Below are positions 1-14,654 of a stretch of DNA of 64,000 bases, piece by piece. A program made the translations under genes and the position numbers. This DNA comes from the human T2T-CHM13v2.0 reference genome, Homo sapiens. Numbering within the stretch: the stretch's first letter is position 1; each line of letters opens with the position of its first letter. The stretch lies in NCBI RefSeq assembly GCF_009914755.1, contig NC_060934.1. One strand, 5' to 3'. The notes beneath the pieces were generated by a model. The model ran no database searches. It had not been told where the DNA came from and saw nothing but the letters and a program-made list of their open reading frames with translations.

Positions 1-88
1 ATTATATGCAACTAAATATGGTATTAGAATCCAAAAGTAATACATGAAGTGGTTTCTGAAAATAATAATCCCTAAAGATGCAAAATTC

Positions 89-429
<341 letters not shown>

Positions 430-624
430 TCACAAATTATGATTAGTGACTATTCAAAGCATTATGATGCATACTAATTTAATTGTATGTTTATTACTTT
501 TATTTACTTTTATATGTGGTAAGATATATTTAAGTAGAAAGGTTAAGAAACTCTAGAATTGAAACATTTTATTCTCTTTTTTAAAAATGTCTTTATTTGA
601 CTAATTTTATGTTGCCATTTTCAG

Positions 625-683
625 ATTTTACTTTTTGTCAAGGAAAATAAAGAATGGAAAAATAGAATCATTCAAAAACCTAG
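625..683 (+). other. Candidate small exon (59 nt)
   Basis: Branch-like GACTAAT at about 599-605, TTTTCAG acceptor (AG 623-624), donor TAG|GTATAC. Two frames open (ILLFVKENKEWKNRIIQKP or FYFLSRKIKNGKIESFKNL). No protein recognised. Confidence 0.35.
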
Positions 684-859
684 GTATACATATAATAGAT
701 TCTGTCTGTAGCATTTTTGTTTTTTCTGAAAAAATAAGACAAAATCACAACTCATGGATGCTACTCAAAGGGTCAGTTTTTAGAGGAAATGAAATATTGG
801 GTGCATGTTTCCCTATGATTTTTAAGACATTTTGTGTACTTGATTTTTTACTACTCTAG

Positions 860-899
860 ATCACAGGTTACCATGGAAGCTTAGAACATCAGGAAATTT
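860..899 (+). other. Candidate small exon (3' boundary uncertain, 899-903)
   Basis: TTTTTTACTACTCTAG acceptor. Weak donors in TTT|GTGTGTATAT. Confidence 0.2.
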
Positions 900-1585
900 G
901 TGTGTATATCTTCTATTTGTTGGGGAAAAAATAACAAAAAAGAATGATTAAATGAAAGTTACAGCAAGTGCTCTAATTTCATTTTGGTTCCTTGTTTCAA
1001 ATAACTTTTATAAAAAACTTTCACACACAGAAAACTTAGACTATTTTTGGACTATTATAAATTCTTTTTATCCCCATCTGTTTAAAACATTCTTAAATAC
1101 TGCTAAAAATCGAGTAACAAGAGAAAAAAAATGTAAGTAATGCACACATAGACTAAAGAAGAAAAGAAATAAAGAACTAGAAAATTCACAAACTCAAGGA
1201 ACAAATATGACACAGACATATGTCACCATAGTTTGTCAGTTGCACGTTAATAGTGTTCAATAATGTATTGTTAGGTACCCATGTGTTCATAATCATCATA
1301 TCTTCATGTTTTATTTTTTCCAAATGTTGGTTCTTTCTTTATCATTGTGAATTTTTAACCTTAAATTGTATTTTGTAGAGTTAAAAAATGTCTAGCCCTA
1401 CTTTCTTTTAGTCCATATTTTCTGATATTCCTTATTTCATTTGCAATTTCGCTATATCCTTTTGTTTTACAACTATACTTTCTGGAAAAAACTGTTAGCT
1501 TTTTTATTTTTTCATTTACTCTGTTTTTTATTGATGTTAACACTGACATTAACTACTGTTCTACCAAGGCTTATTTCAGCTACCC

Positions 1586-1590
<5 letters not shown>

Positions 1591-1626
<36 letters not shown>
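1591..1626. repeat. (TG)18 microsatellite
   Basis: Direct read. Confidence 0.98.
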
Positions 1627-1628
<2 letters not shown>

Positions 1629-2052
1629 GTTACTAGCCTTGCTTCTTTTTGTTTTTTTTTCCCAGCTTCTGTCCATAAACTGATTTTCATCTACTAAACA
1701 GAATATTGCATATTCTATTTTTATGTTGCTTATAGCTACCCTTTCCTTATCAAGATTCATAGTGATTTTTCCCTAGCTATGCTTTAATCTTATTAAAACA
1801 TATTCCTCCATTGCCCATCTCAAATAAAATTAATACTTTAGCATGCTCTCAACTTCCCTCTGTTTCTCCTTCCATATGTTAATACCACCTGGAATTTTTA
1901 TCAAAACGTTATGGATGTACTTCTTTCTTTATTATGGCCTATGTAAAGAACAATGAACTTTATTTGTTCTCCTTTACTTTTGATATCTAGTTGTTTGCTC
2001 ATGCATTTCTTTTATTTTTCACTAAGATTACCTCTCTAAAAGATTTTTTTCA

Positions 2053-2630
<578 letters not shown>

Positions 2631-2829
2631 TCCATATGTGTGTGTATGTGTATATATACATATGTTTCTTATTTCTTCCCAAGTAATAAAAGATACACGT
2701 AAATTTACGTATTTGCTAGATCGGCAGTTGAGGCGGGAAGAAGTGAATGTTTAGGGTTATCTAGCCATCTGCTTTTATAGCTATGGGATTTCTTCCCTGA
2801 GATGAGCCCTATAATTACCCTGTCATCAG

Positions 2830-3287
2830 TGTATTAGTCAGGGTTCTATAGAGGGACAGAACTAATAGGAGATATATAGTTGTGTATATGTATATATTCT
2901 ATATATATAGGAGTTTATTAAGTATTACCTTACATGATTACAAGGTCCCACAATAGGCCATCTGCAGGCTGAGGAGCAAGGAGAGCCAGTCCAAGTCCCA
3001 AAACTGAAGAACTTGGAGTCCAGTGTTCGAGGGCAGGAAGCATCCAGCATGGGAGAAAGATGGACTAGGCCAGTCTAGTCTTTTCGTGTTTTTTTCTGCC
3101 TGCTTTATATTCTAGTCTCGCTGGCAGATGATTGGATGGTGCCCACCCAGAATAAGGGTGGGCCTGCCTTTCCCAGCCCACTGACTCAAATGTTAATCTT
3201 CTTTGGCACATCGTCGCAGACACACCCAGGATCCATACATTGCATCCTTCAATGCAATCAAGTTGACACTCAGTATTAACCGTCACA
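2830..3287 (-). mobile_element. MLT2A1-like solo LTR (HERV-L)
   Basis: Minus strand begins TGTGACGGTTAATACTGAGTGTCAACTTGATTG and ends ...GACTAATACA. Perfect 5-bp TSD ATCAG at 2825-2829 and 3288-3292. Confidence 0.9.
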
Positions 3288-3684
3288 ATCAGTCTCCAGC
3301 CTTAGGCTGGCACTTGACTGGTTCTGCTGCTTTCCTGCCCCACAGCAGGTGGGATCGGTACCAATCTATCCAGGACAATGTGGACTGTGGCCCATATTAT
3401 CTCCATGTTTAAAATCAGGAGAGGGAACAAATGACTCATTCTGATTTGCTATTTTGTTGTCTGTGGGGTCATTTTTGCAAGTACTTGGTATAACATAAAG
3501 CATTATATTAATTGTTGCAATTCTTACTATTTTTATTTTTCACTCAGTTCTCTTAATAACTAGCATGCCTCTATTTCTTTTGTATGACTTTTTGCAGAAA
3601 AATAATTACATGTAAATTCTCGTTTAGGAAAGGCCTTTATATTTGGGGATCAAGATCTAGTTATTAATGTATGGTATTTTTATG

Positions 3685-4540
3685 GAAATAGCTTTATTGA
3701 AATATAGAACATATACCAATAGTTATTATATTTATATTTAATATATATAATGTTCTAATATTTAATATATATAATGCACTGATTTTTGGTATATATACAG
3801 TTATGTAACCACCACCAAAGTCAATTTTGGATCCTGTCATCACCCCGAAAGAAACCCTATGCCTTTCAGCAGTCTCCCTACCCCACATTTTTCTTCAGCC
3901 CCTGCCCCCCCACCCCACACCCATCTCCTAGCCCTGGGCAACGATTAATCTACCATCTTTACAGATTTTACTGTTTTGGACATTTCATACAAATAAAACT
4001 ATATACAGTGTGATCTTTTGTGATTAGCTTCTTTCGCTTAGCATAATGTCTTTAAAGTTGATACGTGTTGTAGCGCCTGTTAGTGCTTCATTCATTTCTA
4101 TTGTCAAATGATATTCCATTGTATGGATGTGGCACAGTTTGTTTGTACATTAATTAGTTGATGGTTATTTGAGTTGTTTTCACCTTTTGGATACTATGAA
4201 TGATGCCACTGTGAACATTTGTGTAAAAAAAATTGTATAAACATGTTTACATTTTTTTGGGTATATGCCTAAGGGTGGAATTGCTGGATTATATCGTAAC
4301 TTTTTACCGCTTGTTGAAAAGTGCTTTCTTTCTCCATTGAATAGTCTAGGGACCCTTGTTGAAAATCAATTTACCATAACCATGAGGATTTATTTCTGGA
4401 ATCTCAATATTATTCTACCAATCTATTTATCTATTCTTATGACAGTACCACACTATCTTGATGACTCTACCTTTGTAGCAAGTTTTGGAATCTAAAAGTG
4501 TGAGTCATCCAACTTTGTTCTTTTTAAAGACTGTTTTAAA
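3685..4540 (-). mobile_element. L1MB-type 3' end plus ORF2 fragment
   Basis: AGCTTTATTGAAATATA...TTTGGACATTTCATACAAAT...CTTCTTTCGCTTAGCATAATG is a typical L1MB 3' UTR, followed by TTGTTGAAAA...CCATTGAAT (ORF2 piece). Confidence 0.8.
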
Positions 4541-4619
4541 GATTGAATTTCAACTTCCTAGGTCTTGGGAATGATCAAAATGTTTAAATTGAGGTTAAAA
4601 CATTATTTTTCAAAATTCC

Positions 4620-4800
4620 TTTACATACACTATCTCAATCTCATTTGAGTCTTAAGTCAATCCTATAAAATAAGCAGAACATATTTCATCTTTTTTTTCT
4701 ATTTACTATTGAGGAAACTGAGGCTCTGAGAGCTTCAGACCTATGCTGAAGATCACAAATTCAGTCACCAGTAGAGCAAGAACCAGGGTTCAAATCTCAT
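4620..4800 (-). mobile_element. MIR
   Basis: Core TGAGGAAACTGAGGCTCTGAGAG...GATCACA...GGGTTCAAATC. Confidence 0.75.
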
Positions 4801-5404
4801 ATTGGCCTAAGGGTTTCTTTCCCACATTGCTTTTTATATATGCTGATTTTCGTTCAAATTGAGAAGACATCTTAGACCTTAATATATCTATAGAATTTTT
4901 TTTGTAAGGAATAGAGTTACTTAAAGTTCATGTAGTATACTTTGATTCCAGGTGCTCAAATAGTCATAGATAATTGTGGATCTTAAGGAAGAACTTTCAC
5001 TTGGAAAGTTATAGGCTGTCTTAGTATATCAGAGAATTCCAGCAGTTATCCATTGTAATCTAAATTGCTATAAAGAAATCAAAGTGACTTACTAAACTGC
5101 AATAAACTCAGCACACAAGCTTTCTTTTATTTTTATATTAGAAGTTTCTTATAAAAATAACTTTTGTAGTTTTGTTATGCTAATAAAGTAACAGTTCTGT
5201 AGAAACAAAGTAATTTAAGATTGTTTATTTGGTAATTATAGTCAAGTAGGCTAATTAATAATTTTAAAGACAGTTGTTTACAGCATGATTAATTTTTACC
5301 AGACTAATTATTTCATTAGTATTCTCTGTATATATTTTAACTACTTTATACCAGAATTTTCATTTTACAAATTTGTAATGTTTTGATTCTCTCCACCTAT
5401 AAAG

Positions 5405-5473
5405 AAAATTATAGCTTTCGAGTACTATAAAGTGGAGTTTTCAAAAAGACACTGGACATGTAAGAAGCATACG
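5405..5473 (+). other. Candidate small exon (55 or 69 nt)
   Basis: TTTTGATTCTCTCCACCTATAAAG acceptor. Donors CAT|GTAAGA (5459) or ACG|GTAACC (5473). Open frame KIIAFEYYKVEFSKRHWT(CKKHT). Confidence 0.25.
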
Positions 5474-5859
5474 GTAACCTAGAAAAAATTAATTTCGAAT
5501 CTACTTTCTATTTGGTAGCTCTAACAGTGCTAATTTTGACATCACATTGAAGTTCATTCTCTGTTTATTGGGACAGTTCAGCCTCGTATCTTATGTAAGA
5601 AACCTCGCTCCCAAGGTGAAAAACGCATTGTTCAAGTCTAAGGCAGTCAAAGTGAAGCAGCTGTCCTATTAAGAGCATTGATGGCCTCATTCCTGGACCA
5701 CATTAAGCCCAGTCCTCTGCTCTTGGGCACAGCCAGTGGTCCCCCTGGTTCCTCATTCCTGTCCTGCCATATCCATGGACAGTAGTTCCAGTGACTGGCC
5801 TAAGCAGCTTATTTACTTTTCCCCAGGTTTCCTTTTTTCTTATAGCTGATTTGTGATAT

Positions 5860-7495
5860 TTGATATTTTTAATTATTATCATTTACTGTTAATATTCTGA
5901 TTATGTAAAGAATACATCCTCATTATAGATAAATATTAATATAAAAGATATAATACAAATTAAAATATTTCATTATCCCATTACCCATAAATATTCAGTG
6001 CCAGAACTTTTATTTCTTTCCAATAACATTTTCATTTTGCATATTTGTATTTTTACAAAATTGAGAGCATATTTTATAGTGATTTTGCATTCTGTTTTTC
6101 TCAGTATTAGAATAAGAACATTTTTCACATCTAAGTTTGATTCAAAAATACATTTTAATTATTTTGTGGTATATCATCATTTATTTGCCTATTCTGTTTT
6201 CAATTAGCATTATTCTAATTTCACACTATTATAAATAAGACTGCATTTCATTTTTGTATATAACTCGATCTTACTTTATGAAAAAAACCTACTGAATCAA
6301 AAGTTATTAAGTTTTAGGATCTTGAGGTATATTGCTTATTTACTTTCTAGAAATGTCGCTGTTCACACTATCTTTAGCAAAGTATGAGAATTTCTATTTT
6401 CGTGCATCCTTGTCAAAAATGATTGTTGGTGTTTTTGCAACTGTTAATTTGATACAATAAATGTTACCTTCTTTCTTTTAATCAAATTTTTATTGTTAGT
6501 AAAATTGAATATTTTTGTATTGTCTGTAACCATTTGTATTTTTCCTAGATGTTCATTTGTTGATCATTATTCTCTAATCCTTTTCTATTTTAATAGCATT
6601 TATTGATAGTCATCTGATTATATGAGAAATATTGTATTAATTCTAGAAAACTTAGAAATGATAGCTCATTCGATATCTTTCTTCATCTTTCTGTTGGAAC
6701 ATTCCTTGCCTTTTTACTTCTAGATCAAATATATTAAGCATTTGTAAATTACCTGCTATAAATGTTTTCTCTCTTTGGATATTGATTTTAAATGCTATAT
6801 TTTCTCTACTTTTAATTAATCAGCTTATTGTGTCTTTTGGTAATATTTTTCAGACCCTACCTTTGCTTTATTTTCATCCTGAATTTCCTATTATTTTTCC
6901 ATCTTTAAAAAATATTCCCTTTTATCCTCAATTGATTTGCATGTTATAAAATTTATTTATTTTAGTGGTTACTCTTAACATTTTAACAGGCATAGTTTAA
7001 GTCAAAAATTAATGAACATTTTTCCCTCTTCCCAAACAATATAAATCTTGCTTCCAATTTAAGAACAATTTAAATCTTGCTTCCAATTTTCTTTGTTTTT
7101 GTTACCTTTGTTAAGTTCTATGAGTTTTGTCATTCCTTGAATTAAACATTATTGTTGTTGTATTATATGATCAATATGTGTTTAAATTTACTTACATATT
7201 GTGTATTTTCTTGGCTCACAGTTGTTCTTCGCCTTCAGAGCTTCCTTTTAAAATGTTTCTACTTTCCTGCTCTATCTTTAAGTAATGCCTTTAGCATATG
7301 TCTTTTGATAATAAACTCTCTTAGTCTTTCTATTTCCCTCTCCAGTTTCAGTATCCTCTTATTGTTTACAATCTAAGAAATGTATTTAAAATATACTTTA
7401 TCAAGCATTCTAGTTATCTTTCAGTGGGAGGGTCACACTCACACATTGTGTTCACGTGAAAATTGTTCTGACACTGGCTTCAGATTTCCGTTGTT
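5860..7495 (-). mobile_element. Degraded L1ME/L1M fragments
   Basis: T-rich L1-like motifs (AGTATGAGAATTTCTATTTTC..CATCCTTGTCAA; TTTTAGTGGTTACTC; ATAAACTCTCTTAGTC). Boundaries approximate. Confidence 0.5.
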
Positions 7496-7499
7496 GCTG

Positions 7500-7993
7500 T
7501 AGTAGGTCCCTTCATATCCCCAGGGAATATGTTCCAGGAGTCCCCGTGGATGCCTGAAATATGGGATAGTACCAAACCGAGATATACATACCTATGATAA
7601 AGTGTAATTTGTAAATTAGGCACAATAAGAGATTAACAGCCGTAACTGATAATAAAATAGAACAATATTAATAACTTGCCAGCATCACTACTCTTGCACT
7701 TTGGGGCCATTATTAAATAAAATAAGGGTACTTGAACACAAGTACTATGATACTACAAAGCTGATGTGATAACCAAGACAGCTACTAAGTGATGAATGGG
7801 CAAGTAATTTATACAGTGTAGATGCAGGCTGAATATGCTAGACAGAGATAATTCGCATCTTGTTCCAAGTCAGAATTATGTGCAATTTAATCTTTTTCTT
7901 CTGGAATTTTTCCATTTAATATTTTCAGACCACAGTTGACTACAGATAACTGAAACCATGGAAAGTGAACCCATGGATAAGGGAAGACTACTG
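7500..7993. mobile_element. MER44B-like (TcMar-Tigger7 derivative) DNA transposon
   Basis: TIR-like ends AGTAGGTCCCTTCATATCC and GGATAAGGGAAGACTACTG+TA. Internal GCCAGCATCACTACTCTTGCACTTTGGGGCCATTATTAA matches MER44. Confidence 0.85.
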
Positions 7994-7995
7994 TA

Positions 7996-8800
7996 CTAAA
8001 AACTTTCCTTCAGTATCATTGTCACTCCTTTATAGAGAATCTAGCTTTTCTCTCCAAAATCCCTGTGTTTGGTGTTCAGCAGTTTTATCACAATTTAACA
8101 AAGTATACCTTTATTTGTTTTTAACCTACTTGGCATATTTTGTGCTTCCTATATTTGAGGATCCAAGTCTTTGGTTATTTCTAAAAGTTATTGAGTCATT
8201 ATCCCATTTGTATTTTCTTTATTCCCCTTCTAAGACTCTGATTAGATGCGTGTTAAACCTCTTTCCATCTTCACAATCTCTTAGTCTTTCTGTTTTGTTT
8301 TCTATCTCCTTCTCAATGCTGTTTCTTTTGGCTTATTCCGAACATTGTTCCAATTCACTAACTATTTTAAGTGTATAAAATCTGTTTGTGACCTGCTTTC
8401 TACTATGTCCATTTGGATTACTTTCAACACATATTTTTATTACTTTCTAAAGTTATATTTTATTATTTATTTATTAAAGTTCTATTTGGTTCTTTTTTTA
8501 AATTTGACAGTTTTTGAAAGTCTCTTCTTCCTTACTGTTTTCATTACTTCATTTTTCGTTCCGAATAAAATTATTTTTACGTTGTATCTGATCATTTCAA
8601 TATCTGAAATCCTTGGAAATCTAAATCTGTTGATTATTTCTGCTGGCCCTCAATCATTATGACTGATTTCCTTGTGTATTTGGTGATCTTTATGAGCTCT
8701 TATATGATCTTAGTTTGTGGTTTGCTAGTGACCTAAAGAATGCTTTCCTCCATAGAGGATTGCTTCTGCCAAAAACCAAGGGCCTCTCTTTATTCTGTAG
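7996..8800 (-). mobile_element. Ancient L1M ORF1/5' region remnant (host of the MER44B)
   Basis: L1M-like T-rich sequence continuing across the MER44B. Approximate. Confidence 0.45.
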
Positions 8801-8827
8801 TCACTTCTTCCAGGGTCTCTGGAATAG

Positions 8828-9217
<390 letters not shown>

Positions 9218-9235
9218 TAAAAGGTATACTTCATT

Positions 9236-9540
9236 GGGTAGGCACGGTGGCTTATGCTTGTAATCACAGCACTTTGGGAGGCCTAGGCAGGAGGATTCCT
9301 TAAGCTTAGGAGGTCAAAATCCACCTGAGCAACATGGCAAAACCCTGTCTCTACAAAACATCCCCCCCCCAAAAAAAAAAGGCTGGGCATGGTGGCATGC
9401 ATCTATGGTTCAGCTACTCAGGAGTCTGAGGTGGGAGAAGTGCATGAGCCCGGGAGTTCGAGGCTGCAGTGAGCCATGATCATACACTGCACTCCAGCCT
9501 GGTTGAACAGAGCAAGACCCTGTCTAAAAAAAAAAAAAGA
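9236..9540 (+). mobile_element. AluJ
   Basis: GGAGGATT..., GAGCCCGGGAGTTCGAGGCTGCAGTGAGCCATGATC (J diagnostics). TSD AA(A/G)GTATACTTCATT on both sides. Confidence 0.9.
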
Positions 9541-10213
9541 AAAGTATACTTCATTAGGCATTTGGTTATTTTGAAGTGGGAAGGCCCTACTTACACTATC
9601 TGTAGTTGTCTCCTCTGGCAACTCTATTTTACTGAACACAGGTTCTCTTTGGATTGCCATTCCTCCTCCTGGCCTTGGCTCGATATTTTCATTGTCACCA
9701 ATTTAAGACTCAGGCTTTGGCAAGTTGAAAGGGATGGGAAGGGAGGTCCCCTTCACTTGTTAATGTGGTAGTAGCATAGAAACAGTCAAGCCATCCATTT
9801 CCTACAGACCTTTTGGTACTCCCCCAGTTTCAGAGAGAAGGAGGACTCAGACCCCCAATTCTGCTTCTTTCTAAGCCTCTTGGGGACCAGAGAGTCCAGG
9901 TATAGTCTTTTAGGAACTGTATTGACTTTTCTCTTGGTGTTTACAGTTCTCTCTAGACCAAGCCTCTGTAAAATTCTTACACTGGGTCTTGATGCTGGTT
10001 CCTATGCACTTGGCCAGTCCAAATGGGAGAAAGTAAGGCATGAGTTCCCTCCACCAGAGTTTCTATAGGACCCAATCCCTAATTGCACATAGTTGCCTAT
10101 AGGCCCCGTGAGCCATTTGCCTTAAGAGAGGGAGATGATTTTCAGTTGGTAGTAGACAGAAGGAAATTGTAAGGAAATTGCCAAATTCTTCATAAAAAAT
10201 GATTTAGAAGATA

Positions 10214-10546
<333 letters not shown>

Positions 10547-12049
10547 ATGATTTTTTATTTTAAGAAAATTATTTACAATAAATAAGAGATTTTTATAGGC
10601 ACACCTTTGGTTCTTGAAGTGAGGAAAGATCTAGTTTCCCAGCTGCATTTTGGAATTTTCTTCATCTTTATTTTAAAATTATAAAAAGACCTTTCTTCAC
10701 CAAAACCATTTAGCAGGCAATGTTTTGGAAAAAATGTTTTGGAAATGTCAGATTTGTAGTATTAACATAAACATCGTGAGTTTCATGATTGATTGAAGCA
10801 TGAAATAAGAATTAAGTAATGGTGCTTCTTCAATATTAACATGATATAAATAGAACTATTAAAAAGGTATGAATATAATGTATTACTGAAATTATTGAAA
10901 TCTACATGGTTTTAAGTTAATATAATCTGAACTTTAAGCATGATAAAAGTCATTTGTTTACATTTTAAATAAATAATTTGATAAATGCCCTAGGTTAACT
11001 GTCCTAATAAAGTAAATTACTGCTATCATCTTTCATTCAGAATTCACTGAGTCAAAAGCTAAATATATATATTTATAATTATTGTATACATCCAAAATTA
11101 AAATTTTACAAATGAAATTTTTCATTGCACTATTGAAATATTATTTTTATCTTATCTTAAATCATTTAAGATGAATATAAGCTATGATGGAGAAAAATGT
11201 AAAGATGAAAATGAACAACAGCAACAACAAAAAACTGGTTTCTCTTCACTGTGTCTGACATAATAAATAGAAACATTTGGATGTACAAAAGGCTTATAGT
11301 CCTGATCAACCTTATTCATACTGGCTGCCATTCAAGAGAATAATGTATTATTTAAGCATATGGTCACATCACAGCTGAATCAATCTAGCATAAACTATTT
11401 TTATACAGCATCCTTGCAAGTAAGAAATGGCTATGTAAAGTAAGACTATAATATCCTTTATTGGAAAGTTATAAATACAGTTTAACAATGCTTGGGAACA
11501 GTGTTATAGCTTTGGATAAACAAGACTGAATTGCCAACACTGTCCTCCACCCTTCACCTACTGTCAGATAAAAGAGGTAACATATTGAATCCACCAAAAA
11601 TAACTGTGCTCAACAGAATGGGCAGATTGTATCTCCTGCACCCAAGAACATTCCACAATCTATGAAACACAGTAGGGTAAATTTGAGTATTGTCAAACCC
11701 TTTGAATACTCATTCCTATGTATGTTAAAATGATTGTGTTTAAAACATTAACACAAAAGTAGTATTAACATCCTAATTAATACAACTTTCTCAGTAACAG
11801 CAATCAGCTAGTCATATTTTTGGCTCCTGTTTCTAACCTTTTAGATTGTCGTGAAGCATTCATTTTATGTCTGGTAGTATGCAGTAGTTATTTCCTAGTT
11901 TTTGTTTAAATATTTTATTAGGCTATTATTGCCTATGACAGTTACTTTTACACTAAATTTATGATTTTGCTTAATATATTTTTTGCTTATGTTTCATATA
12001 AAATCAGTTACTAATTTAACTTGTATATCCTTTTTTCTGTTACACGCAG

Positions 12050-12096
12050 TAGGAGATAATCTCATCAGGTTTATATCCTCAATGGAATAGCTGACT
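12050..12096 (+). other. Candidate small exon (47 nt)
   Basis: TACTAAT branch-like at about 12009-12015, CCTTTTTTCTGTTACACGCAG acceptor, donor ACT|GTAAGA. Contains stops in all frames. Confidence 0.3.
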
Positions 12097-12496
12097 GTAA
12101 GAATCCTTAAAATGCTGTTAAATCAAATAGAATCTTATGAAGTGAAATACCAGATATTCAAAATGTAAAGCTAGATATTTTATATGTAGAATCTAAGAAA
12201 CCAATAATGTTATACTTTAGATAAACAAACATTTTCATGTGTTCCCATATTTTACTTCCTTAGAAAATAAAATAGCAACTAGGTCAAAATTTAGAGTATT
12301 AAATATGCAAATTTACCTCAAATCTTAATATAGATTTTTTTTCATCAAAGGTCATAGTTCTTACATATTTCATACCAGAGACCTTTTCTTATATTCACAC
12401 TTGATAATTTTGTTTATATTATTATATGTCTTTTTAAATTTGCTTTATAGAGAAAGGCTCTGGATTTACCATTAATGACATAAAAGTGGGGCAGAA

Positions 12497-12918
<422 letters not shown>

Positions 12919-12932
12919 AATCCTATCTCTTT

Positions 12933-12934
<2 letters not shown>

Positions 12935-12963
<29 letters not shown>
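12935..12963. repeat. (AC)14 microsatellite
   Basis: Direct read. Confidence 0.95.
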
Positions 12964-12965
<2 letters not shown>

Positions 12966-13149
12966 GTTATGGAATAGACTATCAAGTATGTAAAGTTTAA
13001 GTGCAATTTTTTATGAAGGAGTTTTTATTTCTTGATTTTTTTACTCATCCCAGCACATTTTGGAAAATAAAAGTAATAACAGCTCAGTTTTATTTTTCCA
13101 TATTTTAAACTGGAAATTCTACCTTAAAAACAAACTCTATATACTATGA

Positions 13150-14640
13150 ACAATTGTCTCCACAAATATTGACCTATATGCAAAGCAATACAGGAGGTAG
13201 ATATGGAAAATATGTTATCTTTACCTTTCAGAAACTTACAGACTAACAAGAGAGATATGTACGTGTAAAAATACCTCTAATAAAAATATGTTATTAATGC
13301 CAAAAGGACAATAAGCATGAAGAAGAGGAAAAAGGAATACAATACTCAATGTATTGCTGAATGTTTCAGGAAAGGTTGTGGTCATTTATCTTGGGCTTTA
13401 AAGGTACCTAAAATGTCAGTAGGCAGAGATAGGAATAGGTGAGGATGGAGACAGGTAAGAAGCATGCCAAGTTGAGAGAGCAAGGTGAGCGAGGGACGGA
13501 GACAGAAAACAGGGTGGTATGTGAGTGAGGCAGTGAGAAGGCCACATTCACCCAATGAGGAAGCAGCTGTGAGAGTTAAGGTAGCAAATATAGGAGCATA
13601 TCATGGAAGACAATTTAAACAAGATGCCGAGGATCACACAGAAGGTTTTTGAGAAGAGTTTTATGATTAATTTTAGAAAGATTACACTGGCAGCATTTTG
13701 TAGCATCAACTGGATTGAAGAATAATTGAGGTAGAGAAACAATTTGGAAGGGCAGGCGCTGAACTAGTGATTGTCAAAATGTTAAGGTGCAAATATTACT
13801 GAAAACTTTGACAATGTAGAATATATAGAAAGTAAGTAACTGAATATAGGGATAGTCTGGGTCAAAAAGAGGGAGGGGTCAGAAGGTTGGGTCTTCTTCA
13901 TATGTACTTGAACTCATGGGAGTGAGAAAAGAGAATTGAAGGTAGAATCTAGGAAAATTGCTACAAAGAAACAAAGATTCAAATGACAGGCTGAGAAAGA
14001 GTACAGAATTAAGAAGATTGAAGAGTTTTAGAACCATTAGAATTAAGAATAAGACTGCATGCCAAGAAGGATGGTGTGGTAAAATATGTCATCCATTTCA
14101 AAGCAGTCAATGAAGATAAGCACTAGGAGAAAAGATGGAATTTGGTAATTATGCAGTCATTGGTGGCTTTTGAAGAAGTAATTTCTATTAAATGGCAGAA
14201 GCCAGACCGCAAGAGATGTGTGAAGATGAGAAAGTGGATGCAACAAGGATAGATGACCCATTTTGAAACTGACAATATTGAAAGGAAGGAAGGACATGAG
14301 ATAGTAATTTAAGAAATTGGCAGTTTCAAGAGAAAGTTTTTTTGGGGAAGAAATATTCAAGGGAAAAAATGTATAGTAGGATAAAGGGGAGGTGAAAGCA
14401 GAGAAAGGATCAAGAAGTCAAGTAGAAGTATTAATTTTAGAAAGATGAAAAAGGATAATAAAATTATGGGTAAAGATGAAAGGACATTTTGAGCCTTTCT
14501 ATTTGATAGGAGTTTACCTTCGATGATCTTATAATTTTTCATGATAATTGAGAAGTAAGGTCACCTGCAGAGAGTGAACTTGATGTACAAGGTTGAGGCT
14601 TAAGAATAGTAAGAGATGTAGAACATTTGTTTCAAAGGCT
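13150..14640 (-). mobile_element. L2 fragments
   Basis: Purine-rich L2-like motifs (TTTTAGAAAGATTACACTGGCAGC; GAATTTGGTAATTATGCAGTCATTGGTGGCTTT). Approximate. Confidence 0.6.
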
Positions 14641-14654
14641 ATGATGGTTAAGAC

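Noticed and set aside
5770-5786. CCATGGACAG, REST/NRSE right half-site
   Set aside because: The left half (TTCAGCACC) is absent.
7965-8662. 137-aa and 105-aa hydrophobic ORFs
   Set aside because: T-rich antisense L1 relic giving L/F/S-rich pseudo-transmembrane translations, with non-ATG starts.
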